Assembly: GCA_964019335.1 (NCBI GenBank)
Contig: OZ025658.1
Location: forward strand, 124,001 to 188,000
Direction: 5' to 3'
DNA: 64,000 nucleotides
DNA from: Diplonema japonicum
Lineage: Eukaryota > Protista > Euglenozoa: Diplonemea
Positions 1 through 10,427 of this stretch are shown piece by piece; position 1 is the first letter of the stretch; every line of letters begins with the position of its first letter. Under the pieces are notes generated by a model. That model saw nothing but the letters and a program-made list of their open reading frames with translations, did no database searches and was not told the DNA's origin. Position numbers and translations under genes: made by a program.

Positions 1-751
1 GACGGCAAACCTCAAGATGCCCACAGGACGCAGCCAACATAAGCGCTGTATACCCATGAGTAGACCGCATATTTATGTCAGCACTGTGACTAACCAAACA
101 CCGGCAAGTATTATACCTCCCCAACGAAGCAGCGTGCATCAAGGGGGACTTCCCTTCTGAAAGCGTGTTTGGACTGCTTCCTGCATCTAATAAAAACCCG
201 CAGATTTGATCAAATCCGTTCCAAGCTGCGATCGACAGTGCTGTCCACCCGCACCGGGATCCGATATCTATGTCCGCGCCTGCTGAGACCAGAACTTCGA
301 TGACGGGGAGTGCTGCTGATTCCGCAGCAATGTGCAAAGCTGTTTTTCTGTTCGACCCCCGTGTTATGTCTAGATTCACGCCCACGGTGATCAACAGTTT
401 CAGCAACCGCGTGTTCCCCTCAAAAACGGCTATCCAGTATTGTCTTTGCCATTCTGCTGGTGCGATTCCCATTTTTCGGAGTTCTGTCAAGGCCATCTCC
501 CTCCCCGACAGGCACACGTCCACCGTGTCCTCGGCCACAAGGTTTAAGACCGCTGCGTCCAAGTTTTCGTCGATGAGCTCCTCGCCGTGCAGCCACAGGC
601 ACTGCTTGCCCTGTTCGATGCCTGTCGCCTTTTCGACGGCTTCCTTCAAGTCCACCACCTTGTCATCGACCCCAACCTCAATTGTGGTCAGTGACCCGTC
701 GGCCGTCCGGGCAAAAACTTGCATACGACCATCATGCCGTTCAACAGTCAT
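1..751 (-). CDS. Ubiquitin-like domain + ankyrin-repeat protein (3' end runs off the window)
   Basis: Manual translation from ATG 751: MQVFARTADGSLTTIEVGVDDKVVDLKEAVEKATGIEQGKQCLWLHGEEL (Ubl-like), then ankyrin repeats KTALHIAAE, WTALSIAAWNG, KSPLMHAASLG, YTALMLAASCG. Open to position 1; absent from the ORF track. Confidence 0.85.
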   Translation of the reverse strand, partial: MTVERHDGRMQVFARTADGSLTTIEVGVDDKVVDLKEAVEKATGIEQGKQCLWLHGEELIDENLDAAVLNLVAEDTVDVCLSGREMALTELRKMGIAPAEWQRQYWIAVFEGNTRLLKLLITVGVNLDITRGSNRKTALHIAAESAALPVIEVLVSAGADIDIGSRCGWTALSIAAWNGFDQICGFLLDAGSSPNTLSEGKSPLMHAASLGRYNTCRCLVSHSADINMRSTHGYTALMLAASCGHLEVCR

Positions 752-856
752 GTGTAGATGATCCTTGGGGGGGGGGGGGGGGGGGGGGTAGGTGGCAGAG
801 TTAAAAAAGAAAAAGGAAGTCGAAAAAAAAAAGGAAAGATTTTTTTTTTTTTCTCT

Positions 857-1889
857 TTATACGGCCACCAACCGCAACTCTGAATCACTCTCATAATCGT
901 CTCTCTGCTTCACTCCGGTCGGGTTTGTGACAAATGCCTCTTCGCCGAAAATCTGTGGAGGGGTTTTCTTTTTCCCAAAAAAGTTTTGGAAACACACACA
1001 CCGTTCTAAACGAATGCCCATTCATGTGCAAAGGCGCGACGCTCGGCATCAGCATCATCCAGATTTGGGGGTAGTTACCGTAAGTCTGCTGCAGGTTGGG
1101 AAGCCAGCCGAGGTCGAAGGGCGGACTCCAGGAACGTCCTGCTGTGCTTGCGTCCGCCGCCGACTGGCAGTTCCCGTAGAACTCGATCACCGTTTGATTG
1201 GTGAGTATGAGGTAACCGTTCCAAACCACAAACAACGTGATCATAACGAAGAGGACACCACACAACATGAGCTCAAGGAGCACCGTCTTCTCCAACGCCA
1301 GTAGCTTTTCCGGGTGGACTGGCCTCAGCTTCCCTAACCAGTACAGACTAAGGAAGGTGGTGATCTGTGCAGTCGCACACCATATGTACAAAAGCATGTT
1401 GAAAAAATACCGTTGATTATAGTGCCCTACACAGTTGTTGATCCAAGGGCAGTGGTGGTCCATCTTCAAGACACACCCCCCGCAGAAATGGCAATGGTGT
1501 GCTCTTGGAGGTTTCCACTTCCAGCAGGTCTTGCAGAACCTGGCCCACATTTCCCCGTGTTTCTTCTTCAGATCGGTTTCCTTCGGTTCTATAGGTGGAA
1601 GGTGCTCGTCGCAAGGCTCTCCAGGAGGGGTTACCGAAGCATGATAATGGTTGAAAAGACAGTTGAAGCTCAGCCAGCACCCCATCATAAACTGCATTCT
1701 TCCTTCAAGGCTGTCGATATCTAACAAGCAGGGTAGCAACACGCCCACCCAAGTGTAGGCAAGGAACATAATCAACGCGGTTGCGAGGCCCACACACCCG
1801 ACACCTATGGCCCACATAACCGCGGTGCCCCCCGTCAGGAGCACGGTGTAGAGCTTCAGCTGCAACCTTTTCATTGTTGTTGTTTGCAT
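857..1889 (-). CDS. DHHC (zf-DHHC) palmitoyltransferase, 2 exons
   Basis: [37 protein letters not shown] motif, TM helices, NQTVIE. Predicted GT-AG intron 953-1001 gives C-terminus IFGEEAFV...RLVAV*. Confidence 0.93.
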
Positions 1890-2317
1890 TTTTGCATTCT
1901 CTATTTTTTTTTTTCTTTTTTCTTTTTTTTTTAGATCTTTTACTTTGTTCCCTTTGGGGGGTTTCTTTTTATATTGTGTGCACCCCTTGCCCCAATGCAC
2001 ACTGAAAGTGTATCGAGTTTTTTTTTTTTTTTTTTTTTTTTTTTGGGACTAAAGACCCTCGTCTTTAAACGACAGACGAGGTCAGTGACGACAACGCTAA
2101 TTAAAAGGAGACGAGAAAGACATGTCATGGCGCTCGAGGCGGGAACAGAAGAAAAAAAAAGAATGTTACTAGTGTATGTGGGGGGGGGGGGGGGGGGGGG
2201 AAGCCCCCAACAAGTAACCTCTTGTATCTAATCTAATTGTCTCGGTTCATCATTCTGAGCAGCTTTCTCCGTGAGTATCGGCTTGGTGCCTCCGTCCGTA
2301 CTTGAAAAAAGAAAATA

Positions 2318-2698
2318 TTATTCTGCATCAAGTAAATATTCTATCAAATCGTCTACATTTTCCGGGTTGTGTTTCTTTTTCAACCTCAATACGGCCTCTT
2401 CCTGGAAGCCCATTGCCTTCAACTTCTCGACCATGTCCAGGCACGCAGGCACATGTTCCTCAAGAGAGGGTTCTGGGAGTTTTTGGCCGCAGATGATGCA
2501 GGCGGTTAGTGTAACACCGTCTGCGTCTGCTTGAGCCAGCTTTACTGCATCGCCATGTGTCATGCCTTCATTTCTATACTTCTCGTAAGCAATGCAGCGC
2601 CGCTTTCCTCTGGCCATTAACGCATCAGCTTTTGCATTCATCTCCTCGTTTCTCTCATCCCTAGCAAATCGTGTTTCCACTTCATACTGTCGCTTCAT
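2318..2698 (-). CDS. Small protein with UBZ-like zinc finger and C-terminal UBA-like domain
   Basis: CIICGQKLPEPSLEEHVPAC (CxxC..H..C) followed by VEKLKAMGFQEEAVLRL...IEYLL (UBA MGF motif). The 3' end is uncertain. Confidence 0.6.
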   Translation of the reverse strand: MKRQYEVETRFARDERNEEMNAKADALMARGKRRCIAYEKYRNEGMTHGDAVKLAQADADGVTLTACIICGQKLPEPSLEEHVPACLDMVEKLKAMGFQEEAVLRLKKKHNPENVDDLIEYLLDAE

Positions 2699-2999
2699 GT
2701 TAAGGGAGAAGGTGTCCTTGATGTAATAACACGAGTTCAAAAAGGGTAAAAGAGAACAGAACACCACTGGACAAAGGGGGTTGCGGGTCTTCCTCCCCTT
2801 TAAATAAAGAAACGGGAAAGGGGGGTGGGTGGGGTGGGTGGGGGCTTCAAAAAAAAAAGAAGAAGACTCACAAAGAGATATTGGTGAAAGATATCGAATC
2901 TTTTATATATATTTTTTTGTTTGTTTTTTTTTTTTTTTTTTTCTTCGTTGTGTATTTTTTAATATATTAGTACACACGGAATGGGACGGGAGAGAGAGA

Positions 3000-4678
3000 T
3001 CACAGGCTCGGTACCATCGCAGTTTCCTCCCCTCCCTTAAAGCTCTGCAGGAGCTCCAGAAGGGAGAAGTAGGTAGAGAAGCAACCACCCATCACACCGA
3101 AAATAAACACCAAGCAGTCCTTGACGATGACAAGGTTTGTGTACCGACTGCACTGGTTCGCATTTTTCCCGAACACGATGATCTTTAGATGCAACAAAGG
3201 GGGCAGGATCACGGCCAGAGCGCTCCCACCCATGCCGCCTATAAGCGCAAGAAATAAGCTCATTTGATCACCAACCTGTGTTTTTCTTTTCCCCACAATT
3301 TCATAAGACGTACCAAAATTGCCAGCAACGCGAGTGCTATGCTTATCACGACACGGATAGACAAATTGTGCCACACCTTTTTTTTTTTTTTTTTTTGTAT
3401 TTTTCCCCCTCCCATACAAGCATGAACTTATCCTTGAACAAAATCGTACTCCTAAAAGAAGGCTGCAATGCCTGATAACGGAACTTGCGTTCGAACATCC
3501 AACCCTCAATGATCTAGTTATTATTATTTTTATATTTTTATATTTTTTCTTCACTTTTCTCCCCCACAAACCTGAGCAGCGGGGAAGAACTGCAACGGGT
3601 ACGTAAGAAGAATCGCAACAGCCATCCCCAACCGCACGACCCCAGAGAGCCACCCGTCTGGCGTTACATCGGTAATGGAATTTGTAAGCGACGCCGAATA
3701 AGCAAGGTATCCTACCAAACCGAAGGACACGTACAGCGATGAGATGAAAACAAAGGTGACGATGAGAAGGTTGGGGAAGGCAGCCTTGTCCCGCACGGAG
3801 TTCTCGATGGGGAGAACGAGACCAATCCCTTCAAACGCAGATATCGTATTACCAAGACAGACAGGCATGGTCCAGATAGATGCGGTGGGCGCAACGCTTT
3901 CATCGAGCCCGTCTGAAGCCAGTTTCGAGAATGAAAACCCGTACAGGATAACCAACGACAACAACGTCGCAAACGTGGCGAAAATCGCAGCTGGGATCAG
4001 TTTTTTCATGTTTGGGAGAAACGTCAGAAATACCGCAATAGGGACCATAGCCAGCACCCATGCTGTAACAGACACTCCAGGCACTACATTGTGAAGCATT
4101 CCAGCCGCGAATTGAAAATACACGCAGCAAAAACCAAGCTGCGTAATGACAACAAAGACATCGACAAGATGCTTTCCCCGACGGCCGAAGGCAGCGCATG
4201 CTACCTGACCATATGTTTGAACAGACGGGTCGTTGATGGTTTGCTTGCATTGAACAAGTAATAACATGCAATGGACACATATAACAGCAAGGACTGTTAA
4301 GATTATGGTGCCCATGATGTAGCCTGCCTTAACGTAGGCAGATGCTAGGGAGAAGATAGCCGCACCGACGTTTCCCTTGAAGATGTGGAATGCCGCCTTG
4401 GTGGCGGTGTACTCTGTTGTCCTGTCGAGCTCCGAGTTTTTCCGTTTCACGCTTTGTTGCAGTCCGGAGGTGCTGTGCATTGATTCCACATTGACTTCTT
4501 CCGCGTCGGGTTCGTCTTCGTCCTCTTGCACAAATGGGACCATCGCTAGGTCAACATCATCGAAAATAGACGCCAAGCCCATGGACTGCTCGCCTCCTTC
4601 TACAGACGGTTCTTCCTTCTGCGCAACCACCTCTTCGTCCAGCTCTATTTCTACCACGTCCATGTCATTTTCTGGCAT
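3000..4678 (-). CDS. Amino acid/auxin permease (Aa_trans family) transporter, 4 exons
   Basis: FHIFKGNVGAAIFSL, AFEGIGLVLPIEN and LTYPLQFFPA motifs. Predicted introns 3514-3571, 3377-3417 and 3276-3313 join in frame to ...LALIGGMGGSALAVILPPLLHL. Confidence 0.9.
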
Positions 4679-5139
4679 ATGGCAGGTCCCTCCCTCCTCC
4701 TTGCCTTTTCCTCCCCCTTTTGTTTTTGTGGAAGTTCGGGAAGGGAAAACTTAAAAAAAAAAAATAATAAAATAGGTGTAAATAAAATAAGATAACAGAA
4801 TCCGGACTAGGAAAAAAAAAAAAAAAAAAGGAAGGGAATAAAAAAAAAAGAAGAAATGTTTTATAAAAAAAAAATAAAAAAAGGGAAGGGTATGTAAAAA
4901 AAAAAAAGAAAAGGAGACATTTAAAGGTACCTGCGGTATGTGGCAGGGCGCCTGATGAGAAAAAAAAGTAGAATAGAATACCCTTTCCCTCCTTCGAGCA
5001 CGACTTTTTTAGGAAGGAAAAAAAAAATACAATAAAAAAGAAACTAGTTTGGCACTTTTAATTTGTGTGTGCGCACGAGCCGTATAGGTAAATAAAAAAA
5101 GAAATAACTCATTACGTAACCGACTCGACAACAGTAATT

Positions 5140-5170
<31 letters not shown>

Positions 5171-5185
5171 CACAAAAAAAAAAAA

Positions 5186-6817
5186 TTAATTTTCCACCAT
5201 TATCCTGGCTGCTTTGAGAACTGTTTTCCAAGAGTGGAGGGGGAGCGTGAAGTTGATGGCCTGCCTCCGCCAAGATATATTGTTGTTGTATTTGACAGTC
5301 CCATTGAACTGCTTCTCGGCCTCTCGCTCACGCCACTCGGGGATCGACGACGCAGGAAGGGTCCACCTTACCGTGCTGAGAGTCGCTCCGTTTGCCTGAA
5401 AAACGTAAAAGGGATCCTCCCTCCTCGCATGCTCCAGCAGTATTTCAACAATTGCAGTCTTCTTCTTCATAAATGTCTGCGCCAGGGCAAGATCTGCCCC
5501 GTGCATACTCACTATAACAGAGCTCTCCTGCACCACTTTTAAAATTTCATTATACGCCCCTGAAGCCTTCCACATCGGTAGTGTCCTGCCCATCCACGAT
5601 TCACCCAGCACTTCTACGACCATATCAGCCATTTTCTCATGATTTGCAATATATCTCGATCCACCAGGCTGCCTGGTTAGAATCGTGATAATCCGCTTCT
5701 TTGGAAGTGTGGGCGTGTAGGAAAGTGCGTATTCGGTTCCCAAAAAATGTTGGTAAAATGGCATGATCGACGCCAGGTATTTAGGTGTCGGGCAGGCCTT
5801 TGGAGTTGGGCATCCCCATATAACCTTTTTAAAGCATACGACAGCGTCTGGGTTCTTTGGCAACGGCCGTGTTACAGTCGTATCGACAATCCATGGTATC
5901 CCGTACCGCCTCGCCAAGGCGAAGACCCAGTCCGTCCCGTCTGAAAACGGTGTTGCCTTCAAATGCGGGGAATAATCTAACTCATCGAACTGGACCGGGA
6001 ACGTCTTGCACTGCTTCGTGGGTCCCGGCCGGGAGATGGGACAGTTCGGAATTAAAAGCTGAACCTTCTTCACATTGTAAGTGTGCAGCGCACCTAATAT
6101 AACACCCATTATCTCTCCAAGCCAATGCGCTACGTTTGAGGAGGTTCCTCTTGTCCAGTCTCCATTTTTGAGAAGGAGGAGAGGCTCTTCATGGTACACA
6201 GTGCAGTTCTCTGGATTGATAAAATGGCGAAGATCGCTTGCTGGAATACCCGATAGTTTCATTCCGGTGCGAGGGAGGTACGTGTTGTTGATGCTGTAGA
6301 ACTCGCCCTTGTACAATGCTGCGGGGAAGAAGTTTGTAACCTGCCGTCTGAACCGTCGGTTCCATTTCTTGACGTCGAAATGCCCCGCGCAGCTCATCAT
6401 TTTCCCGTCGCAGCAACTGCTGCAAACCATCATGTTGTCATCACCCCAGCATGGGGTTGTTACAGTCGCTTTCGGGTTTAATGTTATGAGCTTTTCTTTG
6501 TACATGTTTATCAGACTACCGTTCCAAGGGTATACTTCTATGTCGCCCGTTGGGGTGTCGTTGTTGTCGGGGAACGCGACAGCCTTTAAGGGGCATGGGC
6601 CGTGCAGCCATTCGCCTTGTTTCACCCCTTCCCATATACCGGTGTTGTTTTTCACACTTTTTTGTAAAGGTGTTGCGGCGGTCGATTCAAAACGCTGCTC
6701 CTCTGTGTCATTCGCCACCATTGGTACCTCGCTGATGTCTACTCTGCTGACCATCAAGCTCAGCGCACCGAACACGACGAGGCCTACCACAAGCAGTCTT
6801 AGGGCTAAGGTCATCAT
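5186..6817 (-). CDS. Type II membrane glycosyltransferase, GT61-like
   Basis: N-terminal signal anchor; NVAHWLGE, RYIANHEKM, VSMHGADLA and AIVEI motifs typical of GT61/DUF563. Confidence 0.7.
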   Translation of the reverse strand: MMTLALRLLVVGLVVFGALSLMVSRVDISEVPMVANDTEEQRFESTAATPLQKSVKNNTGIWEGVKQGEWLHGPCPLKAVAFPDNNDTPTGDIEVYPWNGSLINMYKEKLITLNPKATVTTPCWGDDNMMVCSSCCDGKMMSCAGHFDVKKWNRRFRRQVTNFFPAALYKGEFYSINNTYLPRTGMKLSGIPASDLRHFINPENCTVYHEEPLLLLKNGDWTRGTSSNVAHWLGEIMGVILGALHTYNVKKVQLLIPNCPISRPGPTKQCKTFPVQFDELDYSPHLKATPFSDGTDWVFALARRYGIPWIVDTTVTRPLPKNPDAVVCFKKVIWGCPTPKACPTPKYLASIMPFYQHFLGTEYALSYTPTLPKKRIITILTRQPGGSRYIANHEKMADMVVEVLGESWMGRTLPMWKASGAYNEILKVVQESSVIVSMHGADLALAQTFMKKKTAIVEILLEHARREDPFYVFQANGATLSTVRWTLPASSIPEWREREAEKQFNGTVKYNNNISWRRQAINFTLPLHSWKTVLKAARIMVEN

Positions 6818-6993
6818 TTGCAGATTTTGAAAATATGTGTAAATAAAAAATTTGCTTTTTGTTTTTTTGGGGGGGGGGTACCGAATAATAATAAAAAACA
6901 AAAACAATAACTTTTTTTTTCTTCTTTTTCCTCCCTTCTTCGTTCATGTCACTGATCCCCCCCCCCCCCCCCCCCCCCGTTTTTCTCTCTCTT

Positions 6994-8179
6994 TTAGTTT
7001 TCCTTTTCCGCCGCTTCCGCCGGTTGTTCATCCTTCTGTCTGAACTGCGCGAGAAGAGATTGCGCTCTGTTATTAAGGCCTGCTTGCTTGGCCTGCGTCT
7101 CCGCCTGTCGTTGGGAAAGAACCTGGTGCGCACGCGATCTTTTTTTTTTTTTTTTTTTTTTTTTTTTGTTGTTTCCCCCCAAACAACATACTTCCTGTGG
7201 TTTTGATAATCCTGTTTCCTTGCCAAAGACAGTTGGCATGTATCGCACTGGTAGTTGAACCCTTCTTGGTTGAGGCCTTGCTTGCAGTGGAGCCACCTGC
7301 AGCCGGAACGGAAGGAGCAGTCACCCCTTGTTGCGAAGTGCATACAGGTGTCTGAGGGGAGGTGCCGCATGTTGCAAAACTCACTGCATCGCCGCCCACT
7401 CTTTGCACAAGGGTGCAGACCGTCAGGGGTCTCTCTGCTAGATGGACCTGTCTGATCTTGCCAAGATTGTTCTTCGCCTCTTCCAGCATGACTAGGTTCA
7501 GTATGGGTAGGATGCGCATAGGCCGTCTGCGAAGGTGCAAAACGAGACTGAACAGGCCTGTCCCTGTCTTGAGGGTGGTGCACAGCATGTCGCTTTCTTG
7601 GGGGTGCCCAGAAGTCTTGCTCTTCATCGCTAATATCGGACTTAAAGGGATTTTTAAATTCTTTTTTTACCCCCTCATACGTTGTAGTCACTCGGTTCAG
7701 AATCATATCCTCCCACAGGCTGCTTGAATTGAAGTCCTTTGTAGGCCGGCAGTCTTTTCACTCCGGATGGCTGTTCTTTTGTGAGGTCCGTCACCTCTGT
7801 GGCGTTGGGGTCGTAGGCATCCTCCTCGTCTTCTTCCTCTTCCGCCTTGATGGTTCCCTCGACTGTTTTCCACCACTCCGCCAAGCTCTCGTCCTGCGGC
7901 TTCAGCGTCACTACTATCGACGAAGCTGTCTGCAGCCCGCTGAGCTTTTCTTTGACATCGTTATGAGACTCAACCTTGCCCCCGTTTATGTGTGTCAGCA
8001 CCACGCTTTGCGGCACCCCGGCTTTGTAGCAAGGCGAGGTTTCCGGGATGTCTGTTATCAATAGCTCAGGGCTGTGTGGAGTTGGGTTTTTTTTTTTTTT
8101 TTTTTTTTTTTTTTCCATACGTCAGCCCAATCCCCAGTCTGCCCATAAATTCGTTCACCACGAAATGCTTTGGCTCCAT
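6994..8179 (-). CDS. PDZ + CCCH + C2H2 (U1/JAZ-type) zinc-finger protein, 4 exons
   Basis: Introns 8072-8120, 7641-7680 and 7139-7191 join three ORF-track fragments. PDZ: GRLGIGLTPELLITDIPETSPCYKAG...THING. CCCH: CMHFATRGDCSFRSGCRWLH. C2H2: CDTCQLSLARKQDYQNHRKSRAH. Confidence 0.75.
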
Positions 8180-8428
8180 TGGTATTATATTTTTTGAATA
8201 AGGGCTACTTTTTTTTTTTTTTTTAAAATATGGAGGGGAGGGGAAATATTTCCCTCCCCCCTTCAAATTTCCGCGGTCTAGCTAGCTGTCGTCAACAAAC
8301 AGTGGGGTTGAAGGTAAGGGGGGGGAAGAGGTCGAAATATTTCTTTCCGTTTCTTTTTTTTTTTTTTTTTCCTTTTTTTTCTCCTTTTTTTTCCCCCTTC
8401 CCTTCTTTCTTTCCAAAATGAGATGCGC

Positions 8429-8794
8429 TCAATCCAAAGTTGGTGTCCGGTAATGCACCTCAGTCTTCCCTTGTGCTTCTCTATACCGTGACTTTACGTC
8501 TTTCGTCTCTCGGTGGGTGTTGAGCCCCTTTTGGGCATAAGAACTGGCGATGATGATGACAATGATGAACACCGCATTCAGGGTGATGTTTGGATAGATA
8601 CTCTTTGCTATTCCCTGCGAACCCCAAACGAGCATAAACAGCACAAAACAACACAGGAACCCACCGACGAAGGCAGGCAGCATCTTGACAAAGCCTAACA
8701 GAAGCGGAAGGCTGTTGAACCACATCTCCATTCTACTGCCGCCGGACGGAGGGAGGTCGTGGTGCAGACCTTTTTGCGGCATTGGGGGCGGCAT
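8429..8794 (-). CDS. Small hypothetical membrane protein (2-3 TM)
   Basis: Homopolymer-free 121-aa ORF with hydrophobic segments, same strand as its neighbours. Confidence 0.55.
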   Translation of the reverse strand: MPPPMPQKGLHHDLPPSGGSRMEMWFNSLPLLLGFVKMLPAFVGGFLCCFVLFMLVWGSQGIAKSIYPNITLNAVFIIVIIIASSYAQKGLNTHRETKDVKSRYREAQGKTEVHYRTPTLD

Positions 8795-8926
8795 TTTTTT
8801 TATTTATTTTTATATATATATATATCTCCACACCCCCCCCCCCCCCCACCCCTCTCCTGATGGGCATTTTTTTTTTCCCTTTTTTTTTTTTTTTTTTTTT
8901 TTTTTCCTCTTTTTTTTTCTCCAATA

Positions 8927-9334
8927 TCAACTGTATAAAATCATAAAATTCAACACCACTGCAAGGATAGGCACGGCGAGTCGCAGCGTGGCACATGAAG
9001 CGGGGTCACACACTAATGTGTAAGCCACTGTGCTATTCTCATCCATGGCAATATCAGAGCAGTTACAGGTCAAGTTAACCGTCAGGACTGGGCTGTCCTC
9101 ACACACAGATGACACGTCCCAGTACTGCCAGGCAACAACCTGAGAAAGGCCACCAAGTGTGGCAAATCTCTGGCTCCCCGTCCCTAATGCGGGGTTCTGC
9201 ACCACGTTACATTCATCCGTGGGGAAATCGATTACAGCCTGAGTGCTGTTGCTCAAGTCACAAAGACCAACCTTAACCGCGTCACCTACCCAAGCACAGT
9301 ACAGTACTGAAATGCATAACTTAAGCCAGTGCAT
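8927..9334 (-). CDS. Small Cys-rich secreted or GPI-anchored surface protein
   Basis: MHWLKLCISVLYCAWVGDA signal-like N-terminus, several Cys, hydrophobic C-terminal tail RLAVPILAVVLNFMILYS. Confidence 0.55.
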   Translation of the reverse strand: MHWLKLCISVLYCAWVGDAVKVGLCDLSNSTQAVIDFPTDECNVVQNPALGTGSQRFATLGGLSQVVAWQYWDVSSVCEDSPVLTVNLTCNCSDIAMDENSTVAYTLVCDPASCATLRLAVPILAVVLNFMILYS

Positions 9335-9398
9335 GTAACTTACCCCCTTTCCAGATGAGTGGGTTGTGAAAAATGAATTGGAAACAAAAAAAAAAAGA

Positions 9399-9401
<3 letters not shown>

Positions 9402-9437
<36 letters not shown>
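9402..9437. repeat. (GA)n microsatellite
   Basis: Direct reading of an uninterrupted GA run. Confidence 0.9.
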
Positions 9438-9439
<2 letters not shown>

Positions 9440-10160
9440 CAAAAACTGACAAACTTATTTTGGCTGTGAATTAATTTTAAAAAAAAATGGTCGCTTTTTT
9501 TTCCCCTTTCTTCTTTCTTTCTTTCTTTTCTTTTTTTTTTAGAAAACAGATTTCTATTATTATGTTTCTTTGCAAAAAAAAAGGGGGGAGAGGGGAAGAA
9601 GCTTTTTCGCTTTCCTTTTTTTTTTTTTTCTTTTTTTTTTTTTTGCTCTAATCGGTTTGTTTGTGCACCCGTCCAGCTAGAGGTGATACGTAAAAAAAGA
9701 AAAAAAGAGGAACTGGCCGTTATTTGTACGTGCCAACCTTGACAAAAAACTTTTTTTTGTATCACTTTTTTTTCAAAAAAAACTTTTCTTTGGTGCTTTG
9801 TTAGAACGCCTGCCAAGTCTTCGGCCAGGGTGAAAAAAGACATATAAAAGGTCAATAAACCATCACTATGCAAAAGGGGGGAGGGGCGTCTGGTAAAACT
9901 GTTGCGCGCATATGGGAAGCCTGACGCCAAGAGACAAGTAAAAAAAGTAAGTTACTCACGTGGAAACGCCAGTTGCAATAATAAGAGGAAAAGCTTTTTT
10001 TATTTATCTTTTTGCCCCCCCTCCCTAGTGTTTTTGGCTGGGGACCCCATAATTAAAGTAGACTTTATTTCCCGGCGGCATATAAAACGTCCCCAGCCAA
10101 AAAAAAACACTAGGTCGGAGGGCAAAAACGATAAATAAAATCACAAAAAGATTCTGCTAT

Positions 10161-10292
10161 TAAAGTGGACTTTATTTTTCCCTTGGTCTCATTTTCTGTC
10201 CCTTGGGGTCATGATTTTCCCTCGCTACGCTCGGGGGAATCAAACCCCCCGCGGGACAGAAAAAACGCCCGCGGGAAATAAAGTCCACTTTA
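10161..10292. repeat. 132-nt imperfect palindrome (MITE-like hairpin)
   Basis: Nested arms taaagtggactttattt/aaataaagtccacttta, ttttctgtccc/gggacagaaaa and tgattttccc/ggggaatca around a central tcgctacgctcg. Partial arm copy near 10054-10073. Confidence 0.8.
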
Positions 10293-10427
10293 TTTTACCA
10301 AAATCAATAGTTATTTTTTTTTCCCTTTTTTCTTTTCTTTTTTTTTTTTTTTTTGCTCAACAGTATTGAGACAACAATGGGAAATAAAAGAGGGGAAAAA
10401 AAAAAGAAAGAAATTGAAGGACTTTAA

